Source: a virus. From it: a stretch of DNA of 64,000 nucleotides. The stretch is from IMG/VR virus record IMGVR_UViG_3300029957_000007, positions 32,001 through 96,000 of that record; one strand, 5' to 3'. Made by a program: the position numbers and the translations under genes. Shown here piece by piece: positions 10,151 to 19,325 of this stretch. The stretch's first letter is position 1, and every line of letters starts with the position of its first letter. The notes below the pieces were generated by a model, which had not been told where the DNA came from, searched no databases, and saw only the letters and a list, made by a program, of their open reading frames with translations.

Positions 10151-10376
10151 AGCTGATCTCAAGATCACGCAACAAGCGATTGAAGACGAGCTGTGGAAGA
10201 CTCTCCACAAATACGTAGGCAAGCCTAACAGCGAAGCAACGCAGCGGAAGATCATTAAGCTCACAGCAAAGATGATCGCCAATGGCATTCGTTTCAGAAT
10301 CGGTGTAAGCAACTCCGATACGAACCCTGGCAAGATCACTCTTGCTATTGAAGCCTACTTCAAAGGATCTTTCTGA
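10137..10376 (+). CDS. Hypothetical protein
   Basis: ATG with upstream ggag; packed. Confidence 0.5.
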   Translation: MRVPKADLKITQQAIEDELWKTLHKYVGKPNSEATQRKIIKLTAKMIANGIRFRIGVSNSDTNPGKITLAIEAYFKGSF

Positions 10377-10585
10377 TGGCAAAGCGAGAAAGTCTGCATG
10401 ATGCAGTCGCTGAGTTTAGAGAGAAACATAAACCGGTGCGTACAACGACGTGGGAGCTTCAGTTCAACTTCAGAAACTTGTGGATTGGTATCTATTGGGA
10501 GACGCATCCCAAACCTTACCGCAAGGACTTGTTCATCTGCTTCTTCCTCTTTGCGATTCACATCGTAACGAAGGAAGGGATCTGA
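10376..10585 (+). CDS. Small hypothetical protein (hydrophobic C-terminus)
   Basis: Overlapping stop/start. Confidence 0.5.
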   Translation: MAKRESLHDAVAEFREKHKPVRTTTWELQFNFRNLWIGIYWETHPKPYRKDLFICFFLFAIHIVTKEGI

Positions 10586-10599
10586 CTAAGAGGATTGGC

Positions 10600-11019
10600 A
10601 TGACTGACAAAGCGCAGTTCAAACGCTACGACCCAGATGCGAGTGCGAAAGAGGTGCTGTACGTCAATCCGTACCTTGAAGCTCAATTCGCCAAGCTCAA
10701 AACTGATGATGAGAAACGAGCATTGTTGGAGAAGCTGAAGGACGAGTGCAATGCACAGGTCTTTCGTTTCTTCAGTCGTTTCTACACATTGCAACACTAC
10801 GAAGAAACAGGCACAACATTTCGCCCAGAGACGATGCACACTGAGATGCTCATTGGTGAACCGATCATGGCTGCACCTATCTTAGTCGATCGCATCCTCT
10901 CACTCAAAGGCGACAAAACAAAGCTGAACACCAGAAATGGACGATTAGACTTCGGTGAGCGTGTGAACGACTACGGTTACCTGGAGTTCTACATCTTTTG
11001 GCATGGATTCTGGTCATGA
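10600..11019 (+). CDS. Hypothetical protein
   Basis: ATG at 10600 after gagga RBS. Confidence 0.6.
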   Translation: MTDKAQFKRYDPDASAKEVLYVNPYLEAQFAKLKTDDEKRALLEKLKDECNAQVFRFFSRFYTLQHYEETGTTFRPETMHTEMLIGEPIMAAPILVDRILSLKGDKTKLNTRNGRLDFGERVNDYGYLEFYIFWHGFWS

Positions 11020-11210
11020 TCATAGACCAGATCGTAATCGACGACAAGATGCACAACTACACGCAAACAAGCGGTGGTAGCATTGTGCTCCTCGGTACTC
11101 ACAGCGAGGAAGAAGCTGCGATGGTGAAACAGAAGATCAGAACACAGATCAGTACAAAGAAACGCAGGCCAATCGTCACTACAGAGTTTTTTTACGGTCG
11201 AGTTTGGTAG
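10998..11210 (+). CDS. Small hypothetical protein (start uncertain)
   Basis: Fills the gap in the + strand operon. Confidence 0.45.
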   Translation: MAWILVMIIDQIVIDDKMHNYTQTSGGSIVLLGTHSEEEAAMVKQKIRTQISTKKRRPIVTTEFFYGRVW

Positions 11211-11279
11211 GCGATCAGGTAAGAGCAATGACTTACGAGATGCTCTTGCATATGCGTTTGGAATACCAGAGGAGATGCT

Positions 11280-11786
11280 TTGATGTACAAGCCTGATTGG
11301 GGCTCTCCATTTCGTGATCAGAACAGCGAAGAATATGAGGCTAAGCCGGAATTCGTTCCTCGCCTCTTCACCTTCGACTGGATCATACACCTGAAGAACA
11401 TGCTTTTTGGCTATACGATCAATGCAACACTGAAAACTATCCTCTACAAGAGGAGACAGATGAGCAAGGAAGACGAGCTGAGAGAAAAAGAACGGCTTCT
11501 CGCTGCCGCTTTAAGCACGCAATCAGGCATCAAAAAGATAGGTGATGTGATTCACAAGCATATGGTTGGCGATTGGAAGAAGCTTGAGAGTCCAATACCC
11601 TGTCCTGACTGCAAATCGTTGAACACTGAGCATCGACTCGGACTCATGCAACACTGGTCTGGAGCTGCACATAGATGCCTCGACTGCGGACACTTCCATG
11701 TTGGATTACAGCCGATAAACAGAGGCTTCCTCATCGTAGAGAAGCTGGAAGATCAGAATGTGAAGGTGGACTATGAATACCCATAG
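11280..11786 (+). CDS. Hypothetical protein with C-terminal zinc ribbon
   Basis: CPDC...CLDC; RBS aggag before TTG. Confidence 0.55.
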   Translation: MMYKPDWGSPFRDQNSEEYEAKPEFVPRLFTFDWIIHLKNMLFGYTINATLKTILYKRRQMSKEDELREKERLLAAALSTQSGIKKIGDVIHKHMVGDWKKLESPIPCPDCKSLNTEHRLGLMQHWSGAAHRCLDCGHFHVGLQPINRGFLIVEKLEDQNVKVDYEYP

Positions 11787-11915
11787 GCATGACCTCCTCA
11801 CACGTGATGGTGAACAGATCTTATCGCACCAATCAGAACCTGCAAACATTATCATCACAGCTCTACCTGGAAAGAGCATGATAGCAAATGTGTACGCCGT
11901 GCCTCACAAAGTAGA

Positions 11916-12104
11916 GTGGCTACATCTGAGCTTAAGCATATGAGAGCCTTCAACACCAAAGAAGAAGCACTACGCACAAGAGACGGACAGGTAATAGAGA
12001 GGATAGATTATAAGAACAGAGAGATATGGGTGCAGGTAGGGTTCAATGCATTCGGTATATTCGGTAAGAGAGTAGTAGTGCGGACAGATACGTTGTTGCG
12101 CTAG
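11916..12104 (+). CDS. Small hypothetical protein
   Basis: 62-aa ORF; start uncertain. Confidence 0.4.
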   Translation: MATSELKHMRAFNTKEEALRTRDGQVIERIDYKNREIWVQVGFNAFGIFGKRVVVRTDTLLR

Positions 12105-12272
12105 TCGCTCGTTTGCCTTAATTAGCGCTGTAAACGTGTGGAATGTGTGTGTGCAATCAAGACAAGACGATCACTGTAGGCAGGCGTAGGCGTTAGGACT
12201 GGGCATTCTAACGTTTTGTTGTTTTACAAGCACTGTACATGGGAAGACCAAGACAACTGGAGCTATACTGAC

Positions 12273-12635
12273 ATGACGGACAAACAACTGAAATTGCAGG
12301 ATGTGAAGGCTCTCGTCTTCCAATGGTTAGACGGTATGAAGTATCGTCGAGCTGATTGGAAGGACTACGTCACATTCGAAGACGAAGTGAAGGGGTTCTT
12401 TAAGATCACACTGTGGACAAACGAGTTCAAGTACACGATCACAGTGTCGGCCGAAAAGAACTACATCGCTTGTTACGCTCAACATCGAAAGATCAGGCCA
12501 GGCGATACGACTCCGAAAGCAAATGATCTACACAGCGGTAAAGTCGAAAAAGCAACATTCGATCAGATCATGCTGGACATCGTCTCTTACGAGCTGGTGA
12601 GCATCTTCAAAAAGCCTAAAGCCGAAGAGGTGTAG
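12273..12635 (+). CDS. Hypothetical protein
   Basis: ATG at 12273 with ggag RBS. Confidence 0.6.
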   Translation: MTDKQLKLQDVKALVFQWLDGMKYRRADWKDYVTFEDEVKGFFKITLWTNEFKYTITVSAEKNYIACYAQHRKIRPGDTTPKANDLHSGKVEKATFDQIMLDIVSYELVSIFKKPKAEEV

Positions 12636-12637
12636 CG

Positions 12638-13087
12638 ATGAGCGACGAGACGAAAGGCGATTTGAACCTGCCTGAGATATTCCACGACATGGACGGATCT
12701 TCACACACAGCGGCGTTCAGTTCAAGACCAAATCTGCAAGAGGAGATCGTTGGGTTTGGTGACACATCGGTAGAAGCGGTAAAGAACTTGCTAGAGCAAT
12801 GCTCACAATCTCTTCAACAAACAGAAATTGCTGCATGCAGAGCTTGGTTGAGGATCAACGCTCCACCTGAAAAGGGTGTGATGACGATCAGCAACATGAT
12901 CAAGCAGCTTGAGTACGTGAAGAATACATACGGCGATGGAAAGGTTGTGTTGGTGTACGATCACTCAAAAGGTGGTGCACCTTCTGACACTCCTGAGAAC
13001 TGCACTCAAGACGAGAACATCTTCTTCTCGAGTGTCGGACAGCCGGACGGATCGTTTGAGTTGTGGCTTCAGAACTTTCCGTACTGA
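12638..13087 (+). CDS. Hypothetical protein, HicB-like N-terminal segment
   Basis: LQEEIVGFGDTSVEAVKNL resembles the HicB/UPF0150 'G.T.EEA..N' motif. Confidence 0.4.
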   Translation: MSDETKGDLNLPEIFHDMDGSSHTAAFSSRPNLQEEIVGFGDTSVEAVKNLLEQCSQSLQQTEIAACRAWLRINAPPEKGVMTISNMIKQLEYVKNTYGDGKVVLVYDHSKGGAPSDTPENCTQDENIFFSSVGQPDGSFELWLQNFPY

Positions 13088-13088
13088 C

Positions 13089-13385
13089 ATGTCTGTACTT
13101 CTTCTTTTCATCCTCATCGGATTCATCGCTGGTTTTGTCGTTGGAGCGATACACGAAAGACGTGATGCTAGAGAGCGTAGCAGAGCGGTGTACCCACACG
13201 ACATATTTCCAGTTGGGAGCATGACGACGCTCAAACAGCTAGAAGACGACATGAAAGCAGAGCGAGAAACACACAAGCCATGCGGTTGTTTACGCAATGG
13301 TGAATGCATTCATGTAGGCAGGCCTAAGCACAAACAAGCTTCTGCTCATGAGATCTTCAAAGCACTCGGTGGCAAAGACATGTAG
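13089..13385 (+). CDS. Membrane-anchored hypothetical protein
   Basis: N-terminal TM helix LLLFILIGFIAGFVVG. Confidence 0.55.
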   Translation: MSVLLLFILIGFIAGFVVGAIHERRDARERSRAVYPHDIFPVGSMTTLKQLEDDMKAERETHKPCGCLRNGECIHVGRPKHKQASAHEIFKALGGKDM

Positions 13386-13394
13386 GAGGCGGCA

Positions 13395-13508
13395 GTGTAC
13401 AGCATTGAAGTTGTACATGCAATGAGGCTTGGTTTCGTTTTAGGCTTCATCGCTGGAGCACTGCTGATCGGATTCATCTGGTTTGTGAGATCTGACCCGG
13501 AAAACTAA
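13395..13508 (+). CDS. 37-aa single-TM peptide
   Basis: aggagg RBS plus GTG; LGFVLGFIAGALLIGFIWF. Confidence 0.5.
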   Translation: MYSIEVVHAMRLGFVLGFIAGALLIGFIWFVRSDPEN

Positions 13509-13534
13509 ACGCACCACTGACTAAGGAGAACGAC

Positions 13535-13972
13535 ATGAAAATCGGAGAGCTGCCAAAGACGCTGGAAGACAAGAGGAAATGGTTTGAGCATTACACACGA
13601 GTCGATGTGATCGCTCACATCCTCAACAACGAACGCTGCACCACGTTCGACGACATCACGAAAGACGAGCTGATGACGCTCTTCCTCGCCAAATGTGCAA
13701 TGGCGGCAGAGGATCAAGATCTCCTCACTAAGATGACGACCAGCAACAACGCCAATGCTAAGAACTTTGAAGCATCGCAAAGAGAAGTAAGAAACATGCA
13801 CCAAAGAATTGCTGATGCTCAAGATCTTTGCAAGTCGCAAGCAGTATTGCAAAGTGAGAACATGTTCCTGCGTGGCTTGGTGGAGAAGCTGACAGACAGA
13901 GAATTTAGCTTCGAGGACAGCGGCCTCAAGTTCAAGCTTGGTAGCAACGACAAGAAAGTGGAGCCGTCGTGA
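13535..13972 (+). CDS. Hypothetical coiled-coil protein
   Basis: RBS aaggag; 145 aa. Confidence 0.65.
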   Translation: MKIGELPKTLEDKRKWFEHYTRVDVIAHILNNERCTTFDDITKDELMTLFLAKCAMAAEDQDLLTKMTTSNNANAKNFEASQREVRNMHQRIADAQDLCKSQAVLQSENMFLRGLVEKLTDREFSFEDSGLKFKLGSNDKKVEPS

Positions 13973-14427
13973 TAAGGCTGCTGAGCGACTTGCTTTGGAC
14001 ATACCGCTTCCAACGCTTTGCGACAGAGCGCATCATTCATACGTTGGAACAGAGCCACACGTTAGAAAGCTTTGAAACTTCGAAGGAAAAGGCGGTGCGT
14101 GTTGCATCAGCACTGCAAACGCAAACAGGTTGCTATATGCTGTTGAACAAGATGTTGATGCCTTATCATTTTTACAACAGCGAACACCGCAAGATCGAGA
14201 GACGTGAGACGTACCTCGAAACGACGCTTGGTTGGTGGATCGTGTTGTACCGTATCAACAACTGGAAGCGTGATAACGAATGTGCATGGCAATGCATCTT
14301 CCTTCCAACACGCAAAGAGGAAGACCTTGACGAATCTGCACAACAAGCAGTAGAACAGATCAGAACTGCAGCGCAGATACAACGTGAAGCTGAAGCCTTT
14401 CACACACCATCGAAAGCAGGTGGATGA
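13969..14427 (+). CDS. Hypothetical protein
   Basis: Overlapping start/stop. Confidence 0.55.
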   Translation: MIRLLSDLLWTYRFQRFATERIIHTLEQSHTLESFETSKEKAVRVASALQTQTGCYMLLNKMLMPYHFYNSEHRKIERRETYLETTLGWWIVLYRINNWKRDNECAWQCIFLPTRKEEDLDESAQQAVEQIRTAAQIQREAEAFHTPSKAGG

Positions 14428-14834
14428 TGAGCATCCTTGACACATTACAACAAGAGCTCAACGAACTGCCTAAGATCGGTACTGACGAGCAATGGGCAGA
14501 ATTCGTTAGACAGAAGATAAGAAGCTGGAAACGTGAATTCGTTAGCAACAGACTGCACGATGTGTTGTCAAACGAATTCGGAAAGATCGAGAAAGAGCGA
14601 GAGCCGGTAGATGAGATGATCATCTCTCCTTTTGCAACATCGGTGTTCAGAGAATTTGACATGCTTGATCCTCACTCGATGGAAGCAATGCAAGAGGTGA
14701 GGAAGACAGGCATCCTCGGTAAGTTCTGGCAAGCACTGTTGAAGGTAGATGATAAGATGTCGAGAACTGAGATCAAGTTAGTTGGAAGAAAAGGAACGGT
14801 GAGGATTGTGAACATCGCTGAGTTCATGCAGTGA
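14424..14834 (+). CDS. Hypothetical protein
   Basis: ATGA overlap. Confidence 0.6.
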   Translation: MMSILDTLQQELNELPKIGTDEQWAEFVRQKIRSWKREFVSNRLHDVLSNEFGKIEKEREPVDEMIISPFATSVFREFDMLDPHSMEAMQEVRKTGILGKFWQALLKVDDKMSRTEIKLVGRKGTVRIVNIAEFMQ

Positions 14835-15061
14835 TGGGCACTCTGCGAGTTCAAACAAGCAAGCCGATTGATGGGACAACAAAATGGATAGGTTTACCCG
14901 TCAGTCGCAACTTCAAAGAACGCATTGGGACAGTGGTTGCAGAGTCAGGCGACACATTGACGCTGGAGATCACAGACGCAGCGGTCATCAAAGAGATGGA
15001 AGCGAATGTGAAGATCAGCATGGGGACATCGTTTGACATCACTACTTCTCAGAGGCAGTGA
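14831..15061 (+). CDS. Small hypothetical protein
   Basis: Overlapping start/stop. Confidence 0.5.
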   Translation: MMGTLRVQTSKPIDGTTKWIGLPVSRNFKERIGTVVAESGDTLTLEITDAAVIKEMEANVKISMGTSFDITTSQRQ

Positions 15062-15070
15062 TGATTTCAA

Positions 15071-15100
15071 TTGACATCAATCATCAGCACACAGTATTGT
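15071..15100 (+). promoter_or_regulatory. Candidate sigma70-type promoter
   Basis: TTGACA-18 bp-TATTGT in an intergenic gap upstream of 15173/15371. Confidence 0.4.
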
Positions 15101-15172
15101 GTTGGTTGAAGATGTTAAGCTGGAATCCACAACCATGTACGTGTAAACAACCCAAATAAAAGGAGGCTGACA

Positions 15173-15361
15173 ATGCGGTGCTGTGAACTTGGCTCGTGCC
15201 ACAAAGCGGCTGAGTGGAGAGAGAAGAAAACGATCTTTGCTACCAACCACAACAATGCCTACTGTTCAGCTTGCAAAGAAGTCGTGAAGAGCAATGAGGG
15301 CACGACTGATGAGGACTTTGTCGCTATCGGAATGCAATTGGTCCTCGCCAAAGCTGCATAG
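15173..15361 (+). CDS. Small Cys-rich hypothetical protein
   Basis: aggagg RBS; CC...C and CSAC. Confidence 0.5.
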   Translation: MRCCELGSCHKAAEWREKKTIFATNHNNAYCSACKEVVKSNEGTTDEDFVAIGMQLVLAKAA

Positions 15362-15370
15362 GAGATATAA

Positions 15371-16573
15371 ATGAAAAAGTATACGCTAGTAATTTTGTTC
15401 ATGCTGCTCACAACTTGTTTGTATGCAGCGAGTCCTTTGAATGGTGTAAGAATTTCAGAATGTTTTATCAATAGAAACACTGGTGCTGGGTACGATCATA
15501 GCTATATTACATTGTTCAATTCTACAACGTATACTGTGAATGTGAGTGGTGGAGCCGTTGAAACTGCTTTCAGTCTTGGTTCATATGTGCATTTGGTAAC
15601 CAACTTAACTGGTTCCATTGCCGCGCATAGCTTCTACTTGATTCAATTCGGGCCAACACTTGCAGGTACGGCATTACCAACACCAGATCTGATTGAAACT
15701 GCAACTTCAACAGGCTGGTCTCACGGGAATGGTCTTAACAGGTATGTCTTGCTTCTTGATACACAGGTTGATTCAGCTTGCGCCGATCCAAACGTTGTCG
15801 ACGCTGTTGGATTTGGATTATCACCTTGTTTTCAAGGTACCGCATCTTCGTACATTGCGAACCTTGGTGCGAACTCGATGCTTCGAACAGATCTGTGTTT
15901 GACTACAAACAACAATACAACAGATTTTTCTTCAATACCGGCGAATCCAAGAAATTCTTCCAGTTCCACGTGGGATTGCTCTGTACCTTCTGCTACACCA
16001 ACATCGACATTCACACCAACACCATCATTTACAGACACGCCACAAGATACAGAAACAGACACACCGACTCCAGTCGACACCGATACAGCTAGTCCCACCG
16101 CCACGCCTACAGAAACACCATCTGTTACGTTGACAGTCACATCAACGTCGACATCAACAGCAACTGCAACACCAAGTCCTACAGCAACATTCAATCCAGC
16201 AACGCAATGTGGGAACGTGACAACGCAGTACAACGTGGTGAAGAACTACTTCTCACATAACGCTTTCAACATTACGATCTTGACACCTGGTGGGACTGCA
16301 TTCGTTCCGCCGTTCAGTGATGCAGTCGCTACGCAATTGAACTACTTCAGGAACTACGGCAACAAGTACTTCATCGTCGACATGAGGAACCACTCATGCT
16401 TCTCCGATGCTGCACTGCTGACTTTCAAGAATGCAGCGAGAGGAAGTCAAACGTTCGTTGCAATCGATTCAACAACCGACGCAGTGTGCTTGAAGCACAT
16501 GAAAGTGTTGAACAGTGGAGTTTGGCAATTCTGTTCAACACCAGACGCATGCAACCATCTGATCATACACTGA
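15371..16573 (+). CDS. Secreted lamin-tail-domain (LTD)-like protein with Thr/Pro-rich linker
   Basis: Signal peptide MKKYTLVILFMLLTTCLYA; VRISECF...YITLFNST.TVNVSG LTD pattern; TPT repeats at ~15985-16200. Confidence 0.65.
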   Translation: MKKYTLVILFMLLTTCLYAASPLNGVRISECFINRNTGAGYDHSYITLFNSTTYTVNVSGGAVETAFSLGSYVHLVTNLTGSIAAHSFYLIQFGPTLAGTALPTPDLIETATSTGWSHGNGLNRYVLLLDTQVDSACADPNVVDAVGFGLSPCFQGTASSYIANLGANSMLRTDLCLTTNNNTTDFSSIPANPRNSSSSTWDCSVPSATPTSTFTPTPSFTDTPQDTETDTPTPVDTDTASPTATPTETPSVTLTVTSTSTSTATATPSPTATFNPATQCGNVTTQYNVVKNYFSHNAFNITILTPGGTAFVPPFSDAVATQLNYFRNYGNKYFIVDMRNHSCFSDAALLTFKNAARGSQTFVAIDSTTDAVCLKHMKVLNSGVWQFCSTPDACNHLIIH

Positions 16574-16584
16574 CGAGGAACCAC

Positions 16585-17238
16585 ATGCAGTATCCTGGCA
16601 AACTGACAAAGAAAAAGGCAGAAGAGCTTCGCATAGAAGAAGAGATCAAGCTGCGAGTGAAACAGCAATGGCACTGGAACATGGTGGTCGCCGTTCTTGT
16701 CGCCGTGTTGTTCATCGGCTTGATCATGCTGAAGAGCAATCAAGTCGATGCATATAAACAGGAAGTCAAAGAGCTCAAGCAAGAGGTCGCTGATGCTGAT
16801 GTTCAAAAGCAAGCGGCCGTTGATGCACTCACTGCAAATGAGCTCGCTACGCAAAAGCGAATTGCTCATCACCGCAAGCACAAGCATGTTGCAGTGAAAG
16901 CGAAGTACAAGTTGGAAGACGCACACTTCGACTACATCACTTCTGTCGATCTGAAGCCGATCACCACCACATCGATCACAACACCTGTCGACATGTTCTT
17001 AGTCGTGAGAGTTGAGGAGAACAACGCAGCGGCATGGCCAGTGAAGATCGTGCAGAAAAGTGACAACGTGATGTCGATCAGATGCAAGGTGACGAACGTC
17101 GCTGATGTGCCATCTCGTAAGATCGACAACAAGATGGCGACTGTAGGATTCAGAGCTCAGCCAATCAGAACTGCGAAACAAGGTGAAGCTGCATACAACA
17201 TCATCATCGATGGTACTTACGAACCGGCGGTGCAGTGA
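16585..17238 (+). CDS. Membrane-anchored coiled-coil protein
   Basis: TM helix VVAVLVAVLFIGLIML followed by a coiled coil; RBS gagga. Confidence 0.6.
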   Translation: MQYPGKLTKKKAEELRIEEEIKLRVKQQWHWNMVVAVLVAVLFIGLIMLKSNQVDAYKQEVKELKQEVADADVQKQAAVDALTANELATQKRIAHHRKHKHVAVKAKYKLEDAHFDYITSVDLKPITTTSITTPVDMFLVVRVEENNAAAWPVKIVQKSDNVMSIRCKVTNVADVPSRKIDNKMATVGFRAQPIRTAKQGEAAYNIIIDGTYEPAVQ

Positions 17239-17987
17239 TGAGCATGAACATTGCACAAGACGTTCGCATCGGCGATCAAGTTGATCTACAACTCAACAAT
17301 GCAACGCTGATGAGCGGCATTGTTCACGACATGGATCCTGACAATATGTCGCTGCTTCTTGGTAGCAAGAAGATCTTGTTCCAAGACATCGTTGGATGGA
17401 CGGTCACATCTCACGTAATGCGTGATGTCTATCAAACGCAGCACCAGGACGATGTGCGCTTTGCTCATAACACAGAACAGCGAATGCTTCGCACAATTGG
17501 CGCATATCTTGCGAATAACGGCTTCACTGTCGAGCAGCTACCCGATGGTTTACCGCATTGGTCTCGTAGTGAGATCATGGAATATGCGTTGATCACGAGC
17601 GTAAGCAAGCATTTCATCGCTGAAGAATTCGCTGATCTATTCGTCAAGAACATGTTGCGACATGGCAAGAGCACAAAAGGCAAGTTCATCACTTTCCGTA
17701 AACGAGTTGGTGTACTGCCAGTGCCACGTGGTTTGAATAAAGAACTCGAACTCATCGCTTACGTGTTGTTCTATAGAGATGAATATCGAGCCGATCACTT
17801 CGAAGTCGGACAAGAAGTTCGAGTGAAGGTTCCGCAATCTATTCAAGTCGGAGATAGATGCTACCTTGAGATCAAGCAAGGTGAGGTGGTAACCATCATG
17901 CAGAAGTTGAACAACGATCAGTACTTCATCAGAACACAAGGCAATCAGAAATGGTCACTGCTTGCCTCACATCTCGAGAGGATATAA
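17235..17987 (+). CDS. Hypothetical protein with SH3-like termini
   Basis: VRIGDQVDL and FEVGQEVRV segments. Confidence 0.55.
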   Translation: MMSMNIAQDVRIGDQVDLQLNNATLMSGIVHDMDPDNMSLLLGSKKILFQDIVGWTVTSHVMRDVYQTQHQDDVRFAHNTEQRMLRTIGAYLANNGFTVEQLPDGLPHWSRSEIMEYALITSVSKHFIAEEFADLFVKNMLRHGKSTKGKFITFRKRVGVLPVPRGLNKELELIAYVLFYRDEYRADHFEVGQEVRVKVPQSIQVGDRCYLEIKQGEVVTIMQKLNNDQYFIRTQGNQKWSLLASHLERI

Positions 17988-17990
17988 GCG

Positions 17991-18311
17991 ATGGAACAGC
18001 CATTCACAGCAGAGCATTTCGTCGATGCAGACAAGAATCCCGCTGGTGGCTTGAGTGAAGCCACAGGCATTCGGATCCAATGGCAACACGGTCCGCTGAA
18101 GGTTGGTGGAGTACAACGCGATCCAAACGGTGCTTTTGTTGAGACTGTTCTGCACATCGCAAAGAACAGGCTGGATTTCTATCAAGGCAGCAAGTTCAAT
18201 TGCGCCGACAACCAAGAGGCGATCGATCACATCCTCAAAGCCATTGAAGCGCTGAATAGACGGACAAAGAACAGAACTGAACGCGGTGTTGAAGGCACTC
18301 ACAAGGTTTAG
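17991..18311 (+). CDS. tad1: Tad1-like immune-signal sponge protein (anti-Thoeris/anti-CBASS)
   Basis: QWQHGP...NG, RL..YQ..KFNC..N..AI and RRT..R..RGVEGTH match the Tad1 family signature. Confidence 0.8.
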   Translation: MEQPFTAEHFVDADKNPAGGLSEATGIRIQWQHGPLKVGGVQRDPNGAFVETVLHIAKNRLDFYQGSKFNCADNQEAIDHILKAIEALNRRTKNRTERGVEGTHKV

Positions 18312-18323
18312 AGGTACAACAAC

Positions 18324-18692
18324 ATGATCGATCTCATTGCAATCCTCAAGAACGACGAAGGTGACGTGACACGGCATGGTTGCATCGCTTTAGACCATAA
18401 CGGGTCTGTAGCCATCTTTTCAGACACCAACATGGTGGATGCAATGAGCGCAATGTTCCGTGACACCAAATCGCTGTTTCGTACAAGCAACCGCGATCGA
18501 CATCTTGTTCGTGAAGAGATCTTAACCAACGAACGAGGTGCTTGGCTCTCGGAAATGCGTCGTCAGCTGCCTTCACCTTACTACGGTGGTCCGATCACAA
18601 GCTCTATGTATTCACTCGATCAGATCGAAGGTGAGTATGTAGGCATTGACGGTGAAGACAAAAGCAAGTACACCTACAAGAGGTTCACATGA
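18324..18692 (+). CDS. Hypothetical protein
   Basis: 122-aa ORF with RBS. Confidence 0.6.
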   Translation: MIDLIAILKNDEGDVTRHGCIALDHNGSVAIFSDTNMVDAMSAMFRDTKSLFRTSNRDRHLVREEILTNERGAWLSEMRRQLPSPYYGGPITSSMYSLDQIEGEYVGIDGEDKSKYTYKRFT

Positions 18693-18901
18693 GTGAGGCG
18701 ACAATGGAGCGTGTGATCGTTGTTCGAAGAGCTGAGTTCCACGAAAAGGTCGGTGGAAGATACTACAGCTACTCGACAAACACACGCATCGATGCAAAGA
18801 TCGCTGAGATGTTAAGGGAGTTCATCGCGACAGGGAAGAACAGTGAGCACTTCCTGTTGGTCGATGAACAAGGACTAGAGGTGAAGGACAATGATCGTTA
18901 A
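18689..18901 (+). CDS. Small hypothetical protein
   Basis: ATGA overlap. Confidence 0.55.
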   Translation: MSEATMERVIVVRRAEFHEKVGGRYYSYSTNTRIDAKIAEMLREFIATGKNSEHFLLVDEQGLEVKDNDR

Positions 18902-19163
18902 AATCGGAGACAAGAAGTTCGACTCAGAAAAAGAGCCCATCATGATCGAGCTGAGTTTGGAAGAGCGAGATCTGATCGCCAACATGGATCAGGCAGCTAC
19001 CAAGTATTGCAGCTATCCACTTGGCATGGAAGCGAACGATGTTGCCAAGTTCATGGAGATCGAGCTTGGTGAGGAGTTGGAAGAAAAGACGGAGGATCCG
19101 GATGGGAAAGCCGACGATCAAGCAGCAGATGGAACAGCACAAGGAGACGTGCCCAAAGTGTGA
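18891..19163 (+). CDS. Small acidic hypothetical protein
   Basis: MIVKIGDKKFDSEKEPIMIEL, a pattern common in small phage ORFs. Confidence 0.55.
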   Translation: MIVKIGDKKFDSEKEPIMIELSLEERDLIANMDQAATKYCSYPLGMEANDVAKFMEIELGEELEEKTEDPDGKADDQAADGTAQGDVPKV

Positions 19164-19296
19164 TCGTGAAATGCAGAGGGTAGAAAACACGTACAAATGC
19201 TTGAGCTGTGGCTTCATGAAACACAAACGAGGTACATCGCAAGATCATGGAGTCGATGGTCGACTCTACGACAAACAACGAGGCCTGTACCTTTAG
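19102..19296 (+). CDS. Small zinc-ribbon protein
   Basis: CPKC...CLSC. Confidence 0.45.
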   Translation: MGKPTIKQQMEQHKETCPKCDREMQRVENTYKCLSCGFMKHKRGTSQDHGVDGRLYDKQRGLYL

Positions 19297-19325
19297 GTAC
19301 TGACTCATAAAACAAGGAGCTCGAC

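Noticed and set aside
13505-14002. Long minus-strand ORFs (also 5188-5892, 29198-29692, 37164-37649, 41359-41955)
   Set aside because: Antisense shadows of well-supported + strand genes, with no RBS or recognisable motifs
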